From Eledone cirrhosa (Eukaryota), in NCBI GenBank assembly GCA_964016885.1, contig OZ024748.1, forward strand, positions 45,508,001 to 45,572,000: a stretch of DNA of 64,000 nucleotides, written 5' to 3'. Shown one piece after another: positions 27,343 through 42,267 of this stretch; the stretch's first letter is position 1, and each line of letters opens with the position of its first letter. Position numbers and translations under genes: made by a program. Below the pieces are notes generated by a model. That model saw only the letters and a program-made list of their open reading frames with translations. It was not told the DNA's origin and did no database searches.

Positions 27343-28076
27343 AGGGCGGTGGATTAGCAGTATCGGTAGAGGGTCGGCCGCCATGCTTTCCAGCATAGTT
27401 ATATCACTTTACGATCTGAGTTCAAATCCCGCCGAGGTTGACTTTGCCTTTCATCCTTACGGGGTCGATAAAATAAAGTACCAGTAATGCACTGGGTAAT
27501 TGCTGGCTTGGGCCTAAAGTAGAAACAATTATTATAAGGGCAGTGGATTGGCAGTAGAGGGTCGGACGCCATGCTTTGATGCATAGAGTTACAGCCCTTG
27601 CCATTCTGAGTTCAAATCCCGCCGAGGTTAACTTTGCCTTTCATCCTTACGTGGTCGATAAAATAAAATACCAGTAATGCACTGGGTGATTGCTAGCCTT
27701 GTGCCAAAAGTAGAAACAATTATTATTATAAGGGCGGCGGATTGGCAGAATCGGTAGGTTGTCGGACACCATGCTTATCAGCATAGAGTTACGGACCTTT
27801 ACGATCTGAGTTCAAATCCCACCGAGGATAACTTTGCCTTTCATCCTTACCGGGGTGGATAAAATAAAGCACCAGTAACGTACTGGGGTCGATTTAATCG
27901 ACTTTATCCTCCCTCAAAATTGCTGGCATTATATATCTAATGTGTGATATATAAATATCTAAAGTTAACCTCCCGCCGAGGTTAACTTTGCCTTTCATCC
28001 TTACGGGGTCGATACAATAAAGTACCAGTAATACACTGATATAATTGCTGGCCTTGTGCCAAAAGTAGAAACAATT
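27343..28076 (+). mobile_element. Head-to-tail array of three tRNA-derived SINEs plus a partial copy
   Basis: Box A TGGCAGAATCGG, box B GAGTTCAAATCC, core gactttgcctttcatccttacggggtcgataaaataaagtacc, tail gtagaaacaattatt. Confidence 0.9.
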
Positions 28077-28356
28077 ATATATATAATGTGTGTGTATATA
28101 AGAAAGTAAGAAGGGTGAAGATAGATTTAATCTTTCGCCCGGTATTTGATTTGTAGACTTAATGCATCCGGTTTAACACATTACCCCTGTCCTTAGATGT
28201 TCCGAGAAGATAGACACTCGATTGGTTGCATTTCAACTGGTGTTCTGTCTGATGTTAGATAACCCAGCCCCTTTTTGCGCTTCAGTATTCTTTTGTTTAA
28301 ATTCTGTAATAATAAATGTAAAATAGTACCTCCTTTCATAAGTCCCACCCATGAGA

Positions 28357-28466
28357 AGGCGTGTAGCTTTGTTGTTAGGTGTGTTCAACTTGTAAGATTG
28401 TGAGTTCGATTCCAGGAGCCGCTCTGTGTTCTTAAGCAAGACACTTTATTTTACGTTGCTCTAGTT
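28357..28466 (+). mobile_element. tRNA-SINE 5' part (interrupted by a MITE)
   Basis: GAGTTCGATTCC box B and ttaagcaagacactttatt domain. Confidence 0.7.
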
Positions 28467-28633
28467 CAGTGGTTCCCAAAGTGGGTTTCACATAGGAGTG
28501 TCTGGGGTTCCACGAAAAAAGATAGAGGAGTATATTTATATTACGACCATATAACAGTGTTAGACTTTAGAGTTCCCCCTAAAGTTTCTGAACCAAAAAG
28601 GGTTCCGCGTTTGAAAAAGTTTAGGAAACCCTG
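28467..28633. mobile_element. hAT (Charlie-like) MITE
   Basis: TIRs cagtggttcccaaagt / aagtttaggaaaccctg; degenerate 8-bp TSD ctctagtt / ctcgagtc. Confidence 0.7.
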
Positions 28634-29170
28634 CTCGAGTCAATTTATCTGGAAAAATAATTGTTTCTACTTTTGGCACAAGGCCAGCAATTATCCCAGT
28701 GTATTACTGATATTTTATTTTATCGACCCGTAAGGATGAAAGGCAAATTTATCTGGAAAAATAAGGAGATCACCAGTAATACATAATAATAGCCTTGTCA
28801 TATACTATGTTAGATTGGATCTCAGCGAAAGATAATTTAAGGGTACAGATACCTGTGGAATTCTCAGCCACTTTCACATTATTTTCACGAGCATGTTGTG
28901 CTCTTTATCAAATAACTGGAACGCTCATCGTTGTAGCCAATAGGGGTTCGAACAACAACAACGACAGCCGCATCATATCCGACTCACATAGTTTCGATAC
29001 CCTTTCAAACACTTTTTAGCCGTTGCAGTTTTTTCTGGCAGCGAATTGGCAGAGTCTTTAGAACGTCTGATAGAATGCTTTGTAGTATTGGTTTCGGCTT
29101 TCTGATATCTCAGTTCAAATGCCACTGAGGTCAACTTTGCATTTAAACCTTTCTAATACTGGGGCCAGGT

Positions 29171-29505
29171 CTTCCTCTATATCTCTTTCCCACTTCTTTT
29201 CTCTCACTCTCTATACTTCTCAGGAAGAAATCTACTGTGTTTAGGCCTGGGTAAGGAGATGGGTTCTGCCAGGTTTTAAAATGTCCTAGAAACTCTGTGT
29301 GTCAATTTGGAGCCCATATCACCCCCTTAACATTTAAGTACTGATGTTGATTCTTCCTCTATATCTCTTTCTCATTTCCATTTCTCTCACACTCTTTATC
29401 CTTCTCTGGAAGAAAGCTGCTGTATTCAGACCTAGAGAGATCTAGAGATGGGTTCTGTCCGGTTTAAAAATGCCCTAGAAATGCCGTATGACAATATGGC
29501 GCCCC
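29171..29505 (+). repeat. Diverged tandem duplication of ~180 bp
   Basis: cttcctctatatctcttt...gagatgggttctg...ctagaaa occurs at 29171 and 29353. Confidence 0.75.
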
Positions 29506-29839
29506 TACTATTCCCACAGTTATATGACCATGTACACATGCATACATGTATGTATGCTGTTTCTGAACGAAATTATATTATATAAGGAGTTTAGGAGGCA
29601 ATTTATTATCGTTATGAAACTCGTATCTTTCCCATTTAAAATGTTCTACTTTACTGTAAATATTTAATATCAATTACATATATTTATATTTCACAATCAT
29701 ACAGAAATGTCACAGCAAATATCAATTACATTTATATCACAATATAATACACTATCCAATGTAAATTATATTGATTTATGTTATGTAATCCAGGTTTGTG
29801 ATATAGATTTAATAAATATAACAATGGTTAACAATAAAT

Positions 29840-30055
29840 GATTTCTAGTATAAGCACAAGGTCAGTAATTTGGGGAGAGGGAAGTGTCGATTAAATCGAC
29901 CCTAGTACATTACTGCTGCTTTATTTTATCGACCCCGTAAGGATAAAAGGCAAAGTTAACCTCGGCGGGATTTCAACCCAGAACGTAAAGGGCCACAACT
30001 CCACGCTGCAAAACATGGTGTCTGACGCTCTAGCGATTCTGCCAATCCACCGCCA
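29840..30055 (-). mobile_element. tRNA-derived SINE
   Basis: Reverse complement of the 27343 family. Confidence 0.85.
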
Positions 30056-30446
30056 AATAAGGGTTAATAATAATAATAATGATGATGATGATTTTAAATA
30101 ATCTGAATAAAAAAATAGTGTTTTCTCATCAACATTTCAACTGCTCTGACTTGTCTAAATAAAATAGAGAAGATTCCCCCTTCTGTCATAAGTGAACCCC
30201 TTAAAACATAAATTTATTCTAAGGAATTTTATTTAACTTTTGGAGGTCTACTGTTTGGTTTCCTCGATAACATATTCCCCACATCTCGCTACGTTAAATT
30301 GCTGAGAAATAACAAGATACCGTCGTTGAAGAAGTGTGTAGTTAAGGTATATCAATTGATATTCTATTTCGAGATTCACAAAGACTATATATAATTAGTG
30401 TATATTCATAATTATCACAATAAATACTCAATGTAAATTATATTTA

Positions 30447-31291
30447 CTAGCAGAAAAACCACCCTTCGGGTGCTTTTCTGCTGGCATGTGTAGTGTGTAT
30501 ATTGATATTATACGCAAGTATATATAATGTAGATATGATACATCAAATAAAATCGTGATTGACAATATAAACAGAAATTGAACGAAAACGTTGTTACACT
30601 GTCTTATGTAATCAGTAACGTAATCCATAATACATTAAAAAAGACGATATTATATATAAACTGCATTAGGAGAAAAATAGTTTGTTTATTTAAGTGATCG
30701 CCACCGAAAGTGTTGACATCACTCACTCTCTCTTTCTATATATATAGTAGTTGAAGTGGTGGTGGTGGCAACGATATACCGGAAGTGCAACTTTGAAAAG
30801 AAGTCAATTTTAAATTATTTATTTTTACGAAATTATTTTTGTTTACGAAATTTAGTAGATAAATTATGTAATATTCATTCATTATTTATTCAAATCCGAA
30901 GGCGGTGGATAGGGAGTATCGGTAGAGGGTCGGACGCCATGCTTTCCAGCATAGTTACGTCCCTTTATGATCTGAGTTCAAATCCCGCCGAGGTTGACTT
31001 TGCCTTTCATCCTTACGGGGTCGATAAAATAAAGTACCAGTAATGCACTGGGTGATTGCTGGCCTTGTGCCTAAAGTAGAAACAATTATTTATTCAAATC
31101 CCGCCAAGGTTAACTTTGCCATTCATCCTTACGGGGTCGATAAAATAAAGTACCAGTAATGTACTAGGTAATTGCTGGCCTTGTGCCAAAAGTAGAAACA
31201 ATTATTTATTCAAAGTAATCCAACTTATTTTACTAATGGGTTAAAAAAAAACGTACGCAGTCCCGCAGACCTTCCTTTATTATAGTTTAGA
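30447..31291 (-). mobile_element. Non-autonomous Helitron carrying nested SINEs (30900-31205)
   Basis: Minus strand 5'-TC...CTAG-3', subterminal hairpin cacccgaagggtg, inserted between A and T with no TSD; the empty site is visible at 31535-31575. Confidence 0.82.
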
Positions 31292-31341
31292 TTTTAAGAA
31301 GAAGGGAGGAATGGTGCGTGAGGTTAGCAACTTTACATTTA

Positions 31342-31534
31342 CAGACATGTCAACTCTCCGCGTTCGACGCGGAGATCTCCCACCCACTCTGAGGTGGGTG
31401 GGAGATGTCTTCTCTTGTGAAACTACGTATAGCTTTCATTATGTAAAATCTCCCCATTTTGCCTCATTTCTTCCCGTTTTGAGGCACATTTTTCATGGTA
31501 CTCCCGTTTGGGTTTTTAGAGGTTGGCAGGTCTG
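31342..31534. mobile_element. MITE with CAGACCTGYCAACCTCT-type TIRs (P or hAT superfamily)
   Basis: TIRs cagacatgtcaactct / agaggttggcaggtctg; copies at 39092 and 41843. Confidence 0.85.
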
Positions 31535-32363
31535 AATACTCAATGTAAATTATATTTATTTTGAGAAGAATGGAGGAATGGAGGGTGAGGTTAGGAACTT
31601 TATACCTATCAATAAAAATTGATACAGAAACGACGGGTAGATATTTAGTCCGGGGGTAGGTCCAGGAGAAGGTTTGGAGATCTCTCATCGCTTAGTCCTC
31701 CATACGAAGCAAAGCGTACAAAATACGAGGAAGACTCACTGAGTTATTAGTATATTCATCTATGTTATACAATAATACAGGGAATATATCAACATATATC
31801 AATATCAATTATATTAATTTAAGAAATTGAGACTTCGGGAAGACTTGGAAACAAATCAGGCAGCTCGGAGAAAGTGGATTTAAGATGGCGGAGAAAGAAA
31901 TAGCTGTGAATGTTGCTGCTTTGAGCAAATGAATTTTTGATGGTGGAGAAAAATAGATGTTGAATATATCAACCGTTCATAATTGTTCCATGAATCTATG
32001 GACAACATAGAACTAAGATTGGTATGGAGATCAAAGTAGACGTTAGAGCCATGTCGTATTCTGCTGTCTACACGGATTTCAGTAACCATTTAAAGACATA
32101 CGAGTGACAGACGTTCATTTTCAAAATATAACCATGCTTGTCGGTCAAAATCAGGTTTAATGAGGGATATTAAGATTACACATCCATCCATTCATGGATG
32201 GGCTCTTAATTCTTGTTGGTATCGTAGGGGCGCCATCATGATATAGGACTCATCTTGAGCTCGTCTACCTAACGGACAGCATCGCTATCCAGGTCTCAAC
32301 ACATCCGATTAATTCATGATAAACAGGTATAGTGAGGGAGCCAGAGAGAAAGATAGAGATAGA

Positions 32364-32408
<45 letters not shown>

Positions 32409-32955
32409 GGAGAGAGAGATAGAGAGAGATATATAGATGGAGAGAGTGGGGGAGAGTAAGATAAAAAAAATACAGGAAGAATTGAACCCTGTGCTCGATT
32501 CTCAGTATCGAGCACGAAAGGAAAAAAAAATGCCAACTTGACCTGGATGGAAATTGAGCTCAGAGCATAGAAAGGAATAACGCAAAGCATTCTGTCATTC
32601 ATTTTAACCATTTTCCCAGTTTGATGCCTTACAATAAAGATATCACACACATACAACTGCTAATCAAGGGATATTTATGGTGGTATCACACACTTGTAGG
32701 ATCTGAAATATAACTTCCAGCTGGATTTAAAAACCCCACATTTAAGGACATGAGAGCATCGTAACAAGAAAGTAATATAAAAAGCAAAAGAGGGCCATAC
32801 GCGGCAACTAGCAGAGAGTCATCATGTATGTATGTATGTATGTATGTATGTATGTATGTATGTATGTATGTATGTATGTATGTATGTATGTATGTATGCA
32901 TGCACGCATGTACGCATGTATGCGTGTACGCATGTACGCATGTACGCATGTATGC

Positions 32956-33004
<49 letters not shown>

Positions 33005-33016
33005 TATAAAAACCTT

Positions 33017-33133
<117 letters not shown>

Positions 33134-33272
33134 TTAAGCAAAAGGGATATTCAATTTGTTGGTAATTCAACAAATATGTTTATAACTGATTCAGAGCACT
33201 CGACATGTTTTCTGGAGTATAATATTCAATGATATTAAATAAATGGAAACTATATTTATAAAACCATATTTA

Positions 33273-33329
33273 TTCTGTTATATATATTTCAAGGGTACCA
33301 AAACTTTGGTACGCTCTCATCAGATAAAA
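33273..33329 (-). ncRNA. Hammerhead ribozyme, intact core (family G variant)
   Basis: ttttat-CTGATGA-gagcgtaccaaagttttggtaccctt-GAAA-tatata-TA-acagaa; stem II covaries with 7295 and 40627. Confidence 0.75.
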
Positions 33330-33396
33330 TACAGTTTGTTTTATAAATATTGACATAACCAAGAAAAAATACCTTAACGGTTCAAGTTTTTCCAGG

Positions 33397-33436
<40 letters not shown>

Positions 33437-33519
33437 CATATATATATATACACACACATATATATATATATACACACACATATATATATATACACATATA
33501 TATACATACTTGTACGCTC

Positions 33520-34070
<551 letters not shown>

Positions 34071-34081
34071 TTATATATATA

Positions 34082-34173
<92 letters not shown>

Positions 34174-34183
34174 ATATATATAT

Positions 34184-34442
34184 AAGATCAAAAGATGGTT
34201 AAAGGAGTTCCATGTATTTTATTATGCGCATTTCAAAAACAAACATCATCATGCAATAATATTTGTGTTTTCATCAGATAAAACAGGAGGACATGATATG
34301 AAGGCTAAAAAACACTTGTGGATAGTGCAGTTTTAAATCAACATATCTTATATATTATGTATACTCCAGTCCTACAAACTGTAGAGTGCTTCTTATCCGA
34401 TATCTGCATTGCTTTATTGTACTACAATAAAACTCACCTCCT
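34184..34442. mobile_element. Family I element: inverted body plus tail; intact hammerhead at 34217-34283 (-)
   Basis: ttttat-CTGATGA-aaacacaaatattattgcatgatgatgtttgttttt-GAAA-tgcgca-TA-ataaaa. Confidence 0.85.
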
Positions 34443-34471
34443 ATATATATATATATGTATATATATATATG

Positions 34472-34521
<50 letters not shown>

Positions 34522-34798
34522 TTTCAATGCCTATCTACATATCACGGCTTTTAGAAGTTAAACAGCTTGTGTGTTTTTGTATATGTGCGTGAGGTGGTAG
34601 GGAGACAGAACGCAATGCCAGATAATGGATTGCAAATAATTTGTTAGGTGGAGACGACGAGTTTAACTGTTAAAAGTATTGGTACGACATTTCTGTGGGG
34701 TTTCTTGACGTCACTTACATCTCAACAACTTCAAACTTTCTATCTCATTTCTTTTTCAATTGGATATAGGAACTGGTTGTCGCGTTTCTATTCATCGT

Positions 34799-34876
<78 letters not shown>

Positions 34877-34926
34877 TTATATAGTTATATAAAGTATATA
34901 TATTGGATATTTATATATATATATAA

Positions 34927-34963
<37 letters not shown>

Positions 34964-34975
34964 AATATATATATA

Positions 34976-35048
<73 letters not shown>

Positions 35049-35109
35049 GAAATGATCATTGTATAATAAACCTTTCACGGATTTACACTAGTCCAGCCTC
35101 CTGTTATTT

Positions 35110-35140
<31 letters not shown>

Positions 35141-35145
35141 TTATA

Positions 35146-35504
<359 letters not shown>

Positions 35505-35529
35505 CGTTATATAAAGTATATATATATGT

Positions 35530-35560
<31 letters not shown>

Positions 35561-35638
35561 TGCGTTATATAAAATATATATATATGTATCCAGTATATAA
35601 ATATATATATGTATGTATCGTTATAATCCTTATATAAA

Positions 35639-35683
<45 letters not shown>

Positions 35684-36783
35684 CTTTGAAAAATAAAAGC
35701 AGAAACTGCTAACTATGTCATAGTTTAATTTGCGTATATTTCATCCTTAATATTAAGAGCTCGAATGTTAAAGATGAAAGGCAAATCCCGGCGTCTGGAA
35801 GTTCTTTAGAACTGTCTGAGACATATCAGAGTGGTTAGAACGTCGGATATAATGCTTTGAGGTATTGGTTCCCAGTCTCAGCTTTCTGACTTCAGATCCA
35901 GCCGAGGTAAACTTTCTTTTCCTGTCATATATTCGAAGTCGATAAAAAACGTACCAGTCTAGTACAGAGATCGATTCGTCCTCTACGCGTATGTTTGTAT
36001 ATGTCTTCTATTTTAGCAGTTCAATAAAAAGAGATCGATAAACGATATGAATGAATAATTCCCCTTCTTGTTCTTGTCGGTATCCAAAAACTAATAAAAC
36101 AATAAAAGAATAAGAATGTAATATTTTGTTTGCAAATACGCTGTATCCGTATAGGTGGCCTACCTGGATAGTATATCGTTATATCTGCAGCGACACCTAC
36201 TGTAGGTTTCTTGGTGTGTGTGTGTGTGGGGGGGGGGGGTCATGATAAAGACTATGGCAACGTTTTTCTCGTGATAGGTGGCAGAATTTGAACTACGGTC
36301 GGATGAAATCATAAATTGAAGTTTGTTGTTGTTGTACATATCAGCTCAAGTATAGCTGGTCTATTATGAAGTCGTAACACAAAGGAGGTTTCATGTGAGT
36401 TTTATTCATATGGGGGCCCCCATTCCTACCATGTCAAAATATTTCCCTGGAAACAGGAAGCAGGGTTTCAACTCAGAACGCACTCAGCCGAGCCCCCCAC
36501 TCAAACCACCCAAAACAGACCCCCCCCCAAAAAAAAACGTATCTCGTTGGAGGCACTAACAGTTCCACATTTATTAGCCCATATATATATATAATTCAAG
36601 GAAACAACAAACAGCGATACAGAAGTCTTATTAGTTACACGCTTTATTTGGAAAAATGGAAAGAAAGTTGAGATGTCGGGCTTTAGCCCTTCTTCAGGAA
36701 TATAAAAGTAGAGACAAGATTACAAAGTATAAAAACAGAAAACAATACACACGCACACAACACACATATATATATACTTAACA

Positions 36784-36831
<48 letters not shown>

Positions 36832-36976
36832 TGTTAAGTATTTCCGAAGTAAAAGCAAAGGAAGAAAGAGTGCTCTATGTATAATACAGAGGTATTTAAT
36901 TAGAAAGTGAACAATACAATATATAAGTACTCCATTACCAAAAGTTTCAAGTCTTTCTAAATAAATATATATATAT

Positions 36977-37455
<479 letters not shown>

Positions 37456-37464
<9 letters not shown>

Positions 37465-37492
37465 GATTTACATATACACAAACTAGAGAAAG

Positions 37493-37554
<62 letters not shown>

Positions 37555-38209
37555 TGGCTCAATGACGAATTAATTAATTAAATAATCAACAATCAGAGCA
37601 ATATACAATAAAGTATGTCCATAGAATCATTTGATAAAATATATACACCATTTTCTCTCCCAATCAGCATAATCAACCACACAAAAAAACAATTAAACCA
37701 GGCTATAAGATTAAAAGACACCTATGAAGAAATAATAGATGAATAAACGACAGCTATCTATTCGCGATCAACATCCATAGAATATTTACCCAGCATTTCC
37801 AATAGCACGTGGGTATCGATTAAATATATCGTCAACCATACACAATTAGGTATAAAATCAAAGTTAAAAGAAAAAAATGTATATAAACATACCAAAATTA
37901 CGTTTCTATCCCATGAGATTTCATTCGCTTTTGGAAATATTCGATCAAGGATAAATTTACGAGCTTCAACATCACCAGGAAAAAACTCACTTGGACGAAG
38001 ATATTTTTTAAATGATCCCCGCCTGAAACGAATTTAAAATGGCTAAGAACTGTGACGTGGCAGTGGTCAAGTCAGAAAGAATGTGATTGGTGTCTTACGG
38101 CGAGTGGGCTGGTTGATAGAAAGCGCAGCCTAATATTGCCTAAATTGCATCTCAACCATATGGGAGATTATCAAATATAAAGATTTACATATACACAAAC
38201 GAGAGAAAG

Positions 38210-38284
<75 letters not shown>

Positions 38285-38465
38285 CAACCATTCACAATGT
38301 GGCTCTATGCCGAATTAATTAATTAAATAATCAACAGTCAGAGCTATATACAATAAAGTATGCGCATAGAATCATTTGATAAAATATATACACCATTTCC
38401 TCTCCCATTCAGAATGCTATTGGAAATGCTGGGTTAATATTCTATGGACATACTTTATTGTATAT
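37456..38465 (-). mobile_element. pLTR-like unit: ~720-bp-spaced direct repeats, inverted end fragment and decayed hammerhead (37892-37934)
   Basis: 37456-37670 is repeated at 38174-38415; ccaaaag-CGAATGA-aatctcatgggata-GAAA-cg-TA-attttgg on the minus strand. Confidence 0.6.
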
Positions 38466-38501
38466 ATATATATACTTCCAACAAATTAAATACCACTTCT
38501 A

Positions 38502-38596
<95 letters not shown>

Positions 38597-39091
38597 GGGC
38601 GATGAGAGAACGAAATCCCCAGGGCATCTAATTCGAGACTTGACGACTCTCCCAATTCAGCGCTTAAATAATATAAAATAATTAAAAAAACGACAACAAA
38701 AAACAAGAAGATATATTTTATTAAATCCGAATAAGGAAAACATATTTTAAAATGTCATAATTTTTTGATTATTTTATTCTGAAGAGTCAAAATAATGTGA
38801 ACAACTCTATACTTTTTATTGTCAGAATATTGATTTATTATTTCGCTAAAAGGTCAACAAATATATTGGGGATGGAGGTAATTCTTGAGTGGTTCACTTA
38901 ATCCGTTGTTAGAACCTAGAAAACAACACCTCCTGGCTTAGTCCGCACTGAGTTCAAATCACGCTGAGCCCAACTTTGACGTTCGAACTTTCTAGATCGA
39001 ATATAATACAATATAAGTCTAAGGTAGTGGATTAATGGAATTATTGGAGCCTTGCAGCCTTTGTTCCCCCGTTTAGCTCTTTGGGTTCAAA

Positions 39092-39286
39092 CATACCTGT
39101 TAGTTCTCCCTGTCCGATAGGGAGATCATCCACCCACTTTGTGGTGAGTGAGAGATGTCTTCTCTTGTGAAAAACGGTATAGCTTTCTTTATATAAAATT
39201 TCCCCATTTTGCCTAATTTTTCCTCTTTTGGGGGCACTTTTTTCATGGTACTCCCCTATTCGGGTTTTTAGAGGTTGACAGATCTG
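39092..39286. mobile_element. CA...TG MITE with 7-bp TSD gttcaaa, inserted in a SINE box B
   Basis: gttcaaa|catacctg...cagatctg|gttcaaa. Confidence 0.85.
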
Positions 39287-39539
39287 GTTCAAATCCCACT
39301 GTGGTCTATTGTGGCGGTACTGCTAATCGACCGTCCAGTTTAAGACAACTAAATGATTCAGTTAAATCACCGTTCTTGAAATTGAGTGCCCTGAATAGGA
39401 TTCGAAGGTGTTCGAAAACAACTCATTGGATTTTTAGAGAGTAATGCTTTAACTCGTCGTCTACCACAGTTAAGTACGGATAAAATATTGAATTCTAATT
39501 TAGCCATATGACCGACCAGTAAATTTTGGGCGATTGGGC

Positions 39540-40125
39540 AAATTTGACCTCGGCGGGATTTGAGCTCTGTATGTAAAGGGCCAGAACAAATACCACCATG
39601 ACATTTCATCTGACGCTCTACCAGTTTTGCCAATCCACCATCCTTAAGTAAGGATAATATATTGGTTTCTGATTTAGGTACAACGCCAACGAAATTTTGA
39701 GGAGGAGGATTTCGATTAAATCGACCTCCACTACATTACTGGTACTTTAATTTATCAACCTTGAATGGATGAAAGCAAAGCTAACCTCGGCGGAATTTGA
39801 ACTCAGAACGTAAAGGGACGTCACTATATGCCGCCGCAAAACATGTCCGTCGCTCAACCGATTCTGCCAACCCACAAACACAACAACAACAACAACAACA
39901 ACAACAATGATTTCTGATTTAGACACAAGGTGAACGATTTGTGGCGAGAGGAAAGTCGATTAAATCGACCCCTATGAATTAAAGGTATTTTATGGTATCG
40001 ACCCCGTAAAGATGAAAGACAAAACTAACCTCGGCAGGATTTGAAATCAGATCGTAAAGGGGCGTTACACTGTGCCATAACACATGTTGTCCGACGCTCT
40101 ATCGATTACTACAAAATCCACCGCG
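39540..40125 (-). mobile_element. Three tandem tRNA-SINE copies
   Basis: Repeated aacctcggc(g/a)g(g/a)atttga...tgccaa(t/c)cca units. Confidence 0.85.
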
Positions 40126-40394
40126 CTATGTAAGGATAACATATTGAAAGTTCATATTTATCGAAGGTGCGCAACTTGAAAGGTGTGGTGTGATGGCTCA
40201 AGATACTAAGACTATGTTTTCGGATCCCAGATGGGGCGCAGCGTGGTATCTTTTTCTGTCAGTCACTTCACCAATATGAAACCATAATAAATTCTCAGGC
40301 TTTATGAGGCTCAAAACATGTTTTAACTAGTTTCAATCATATTTATCTAGCTGTCGAAACGACCAGAGCTCAGCCGTCGAGGTCCCGAATTTTC

Positions 40395-40482
<88 letters not shown>

Positions 40483-40572
40483 AAGGTTAAACAAGGTTCA
40501 ATGAATAAATCAATGAATAAAGATTTACAATAGATTAGAAGCACTCCACAAAAATGGTTTTCAGGAGTTATT

Positions 40573-40799
40573 AATATTAATTCAAAATATTAACAAATAT
40601 AGACATTCGTGTGATCAAGTATATATTATTATACATATTTCAGAGGTACTGAGCTATTTACAACAGTACGTCCTCATCAGATACAATTTTATCTGATGAG
40701 GACGTACTGTTGTAAATAGCTCAGTACCTCTTAAATATGTATAATAAAATATACTTGATCACACGAATGTCTATATTTGTTAATATTTTGAATTAATAT
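40573..40799. mobile_element. Family G ~225-bp palindrome with two back-to-back hammerheads
   Basis: Centre at ~40686; the minus arm has an intact CTGATGA...GAAA, the plus arm has GAAA->TAAA. Confidence 0.88.
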
Positions 40800-40912
40800 A
40801 TATATATATATATTTATATATGTAGGTAAAAGGTAAACAGAAATAACAACACAATCGGTACAGTATTTGGAAGGGATATATTTGGTTAACGCTTGATATA
40901 GCAGGAAGAGGG

Positions 40913-40948
40913 TCTTAACGTTTCCGATGCCAGTCCTACATCAGAAGA
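40913..40948 (-). ncRNA. Decayed minimal hammerhead (family D)
   Basis: tctt-CTGATGT-aggactggcatcg-GAAA-cg-TT-aaga. Confidence 0.55.
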
Positions 40949-41842
40949 AAGTATGAGAAATAAGATAGATTGAGGGGACGGGCGGGTTGGAACTGGAAAA
41001 AATGTCTTTAGATAAAAATAACATATCCATTCAAGAATATGAGGTTTATTTTAATAAAAAGAAAACGAGATGTCCTACACAGGTGAAAGTATAAGGAAAA
41101 GAAATCGAAAATGCAACTCGAATCCTTTTAATGATATTTATTAATTTTTTAAAATTTATTTCCTTAGAAATAAATAGATATTCTTAAAAAAACTCCAGTT
41201 GCATTTTCGATTTTTTTTCCTTATATATATATATATATATATATATACATTCATACATATTCATTTAAACCGGAATTCCGTCGCTTATGATGATGAGCTT
41301 TGCAGTTGATTCATAAAATGTCTTGCTCACACGGTCGGGAATGGAACTCATAACCACGATTGTGCGCCGATTATTCTAACCACTGAGCCAGCACCTTCCA
41401 TAGATAATTTAAAAGATAATTGATAAATGACAGCAAAAACAATAGACAATACAAAGATAAATTTAACAAAAAAAATTATAAAAAATAAATAGTAAATTTT
41501 AGAACAAAGGTTATTCAAATTAATACATACTCGATTGTAAGTGATTTTAAAATAAATGTTAAGTGATTTTCATTAAAATAACCAAATTTAACATCATCAA
41601 AATATTTTAGTTTTGAGCAAGTAAACATTGCTTGCGGTGTTGGTAAAAATGTGGTCCCTCTGATATACACGTCGGGTTCAATCGTTGATTCACAACCACG
41701 AGTCACAGACTGGTACTTGATGTGTGGGTGTTACATATGAAGGAATCTACTATATGAAATCATAAATTTCTCCTGCCAACTTGATTCAACCAGTTCTTAT
41801 CAAGAGTCTCATCTCAATTTCTGATCCGTGAAACACTTAAAC

Positions 41843-42032
41843 CAGACCTGTCACCTCTCCCCGTCCGACGGGGAAATCTATCTACTTTGGTGGGTGAGAG
41901 ATGTCTTCTCTTATGAAAATAGGTATACCTTTCATTATGTAAAGTCTCCCCATTTTTGCCTCATTTCTCCCCGATTTGGGGCACTTTTTTCATGGTACTC
42001 CTCGTTTGGGTTTTTAGAGGTTGGTAGGTATG
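41843..42032. mobile_element. CA...TG MITE flanked by a 45-bp direct duplication
   Basis: TIRs cagacctgtcacctct / agaggttggtaggtatg; 41798-41842 resembles 42033-42077. Confidence 0.85.
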
Positions 42033-42080
42033 TATCAAGATTTTGATCACAATTTCTGATCTGTGAAACACTTAAACCTC

Positions 42081-42220
42081 AGATCGGATCTAGCTGTCGA
42101 AGCGACCGGAGCTCAGCCATCGGGGCCCTGACCCTTTTCCTATTACACACTCTACTACCCTAAGTATTGAGTACTTTGGTGCGTTATGGTCCACTTAGTA
42201 TCTTACCGCACTCTCTTTGT

Positions 42221-42222
<2 letters not shown>
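42081..42222 (+). mobile_element. Family A element (diverged subfamily)
   Basis: cggatctagctgtcgaagcgaccggagctcagccatcggggcc...taagtattgagtactttggtgcg; a related short copy lies at 40345-40396. Confidence 0.75.
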
Positions 42223-42264
<42 letters not shown>

Positions 42265-42267
42265 TAT

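Noticed and set aside
27343-27440. Box A/B sequences as tRNA genes
   Set aside because: They do not form a cloverleaf and continue into SINE bodies present in many copies.
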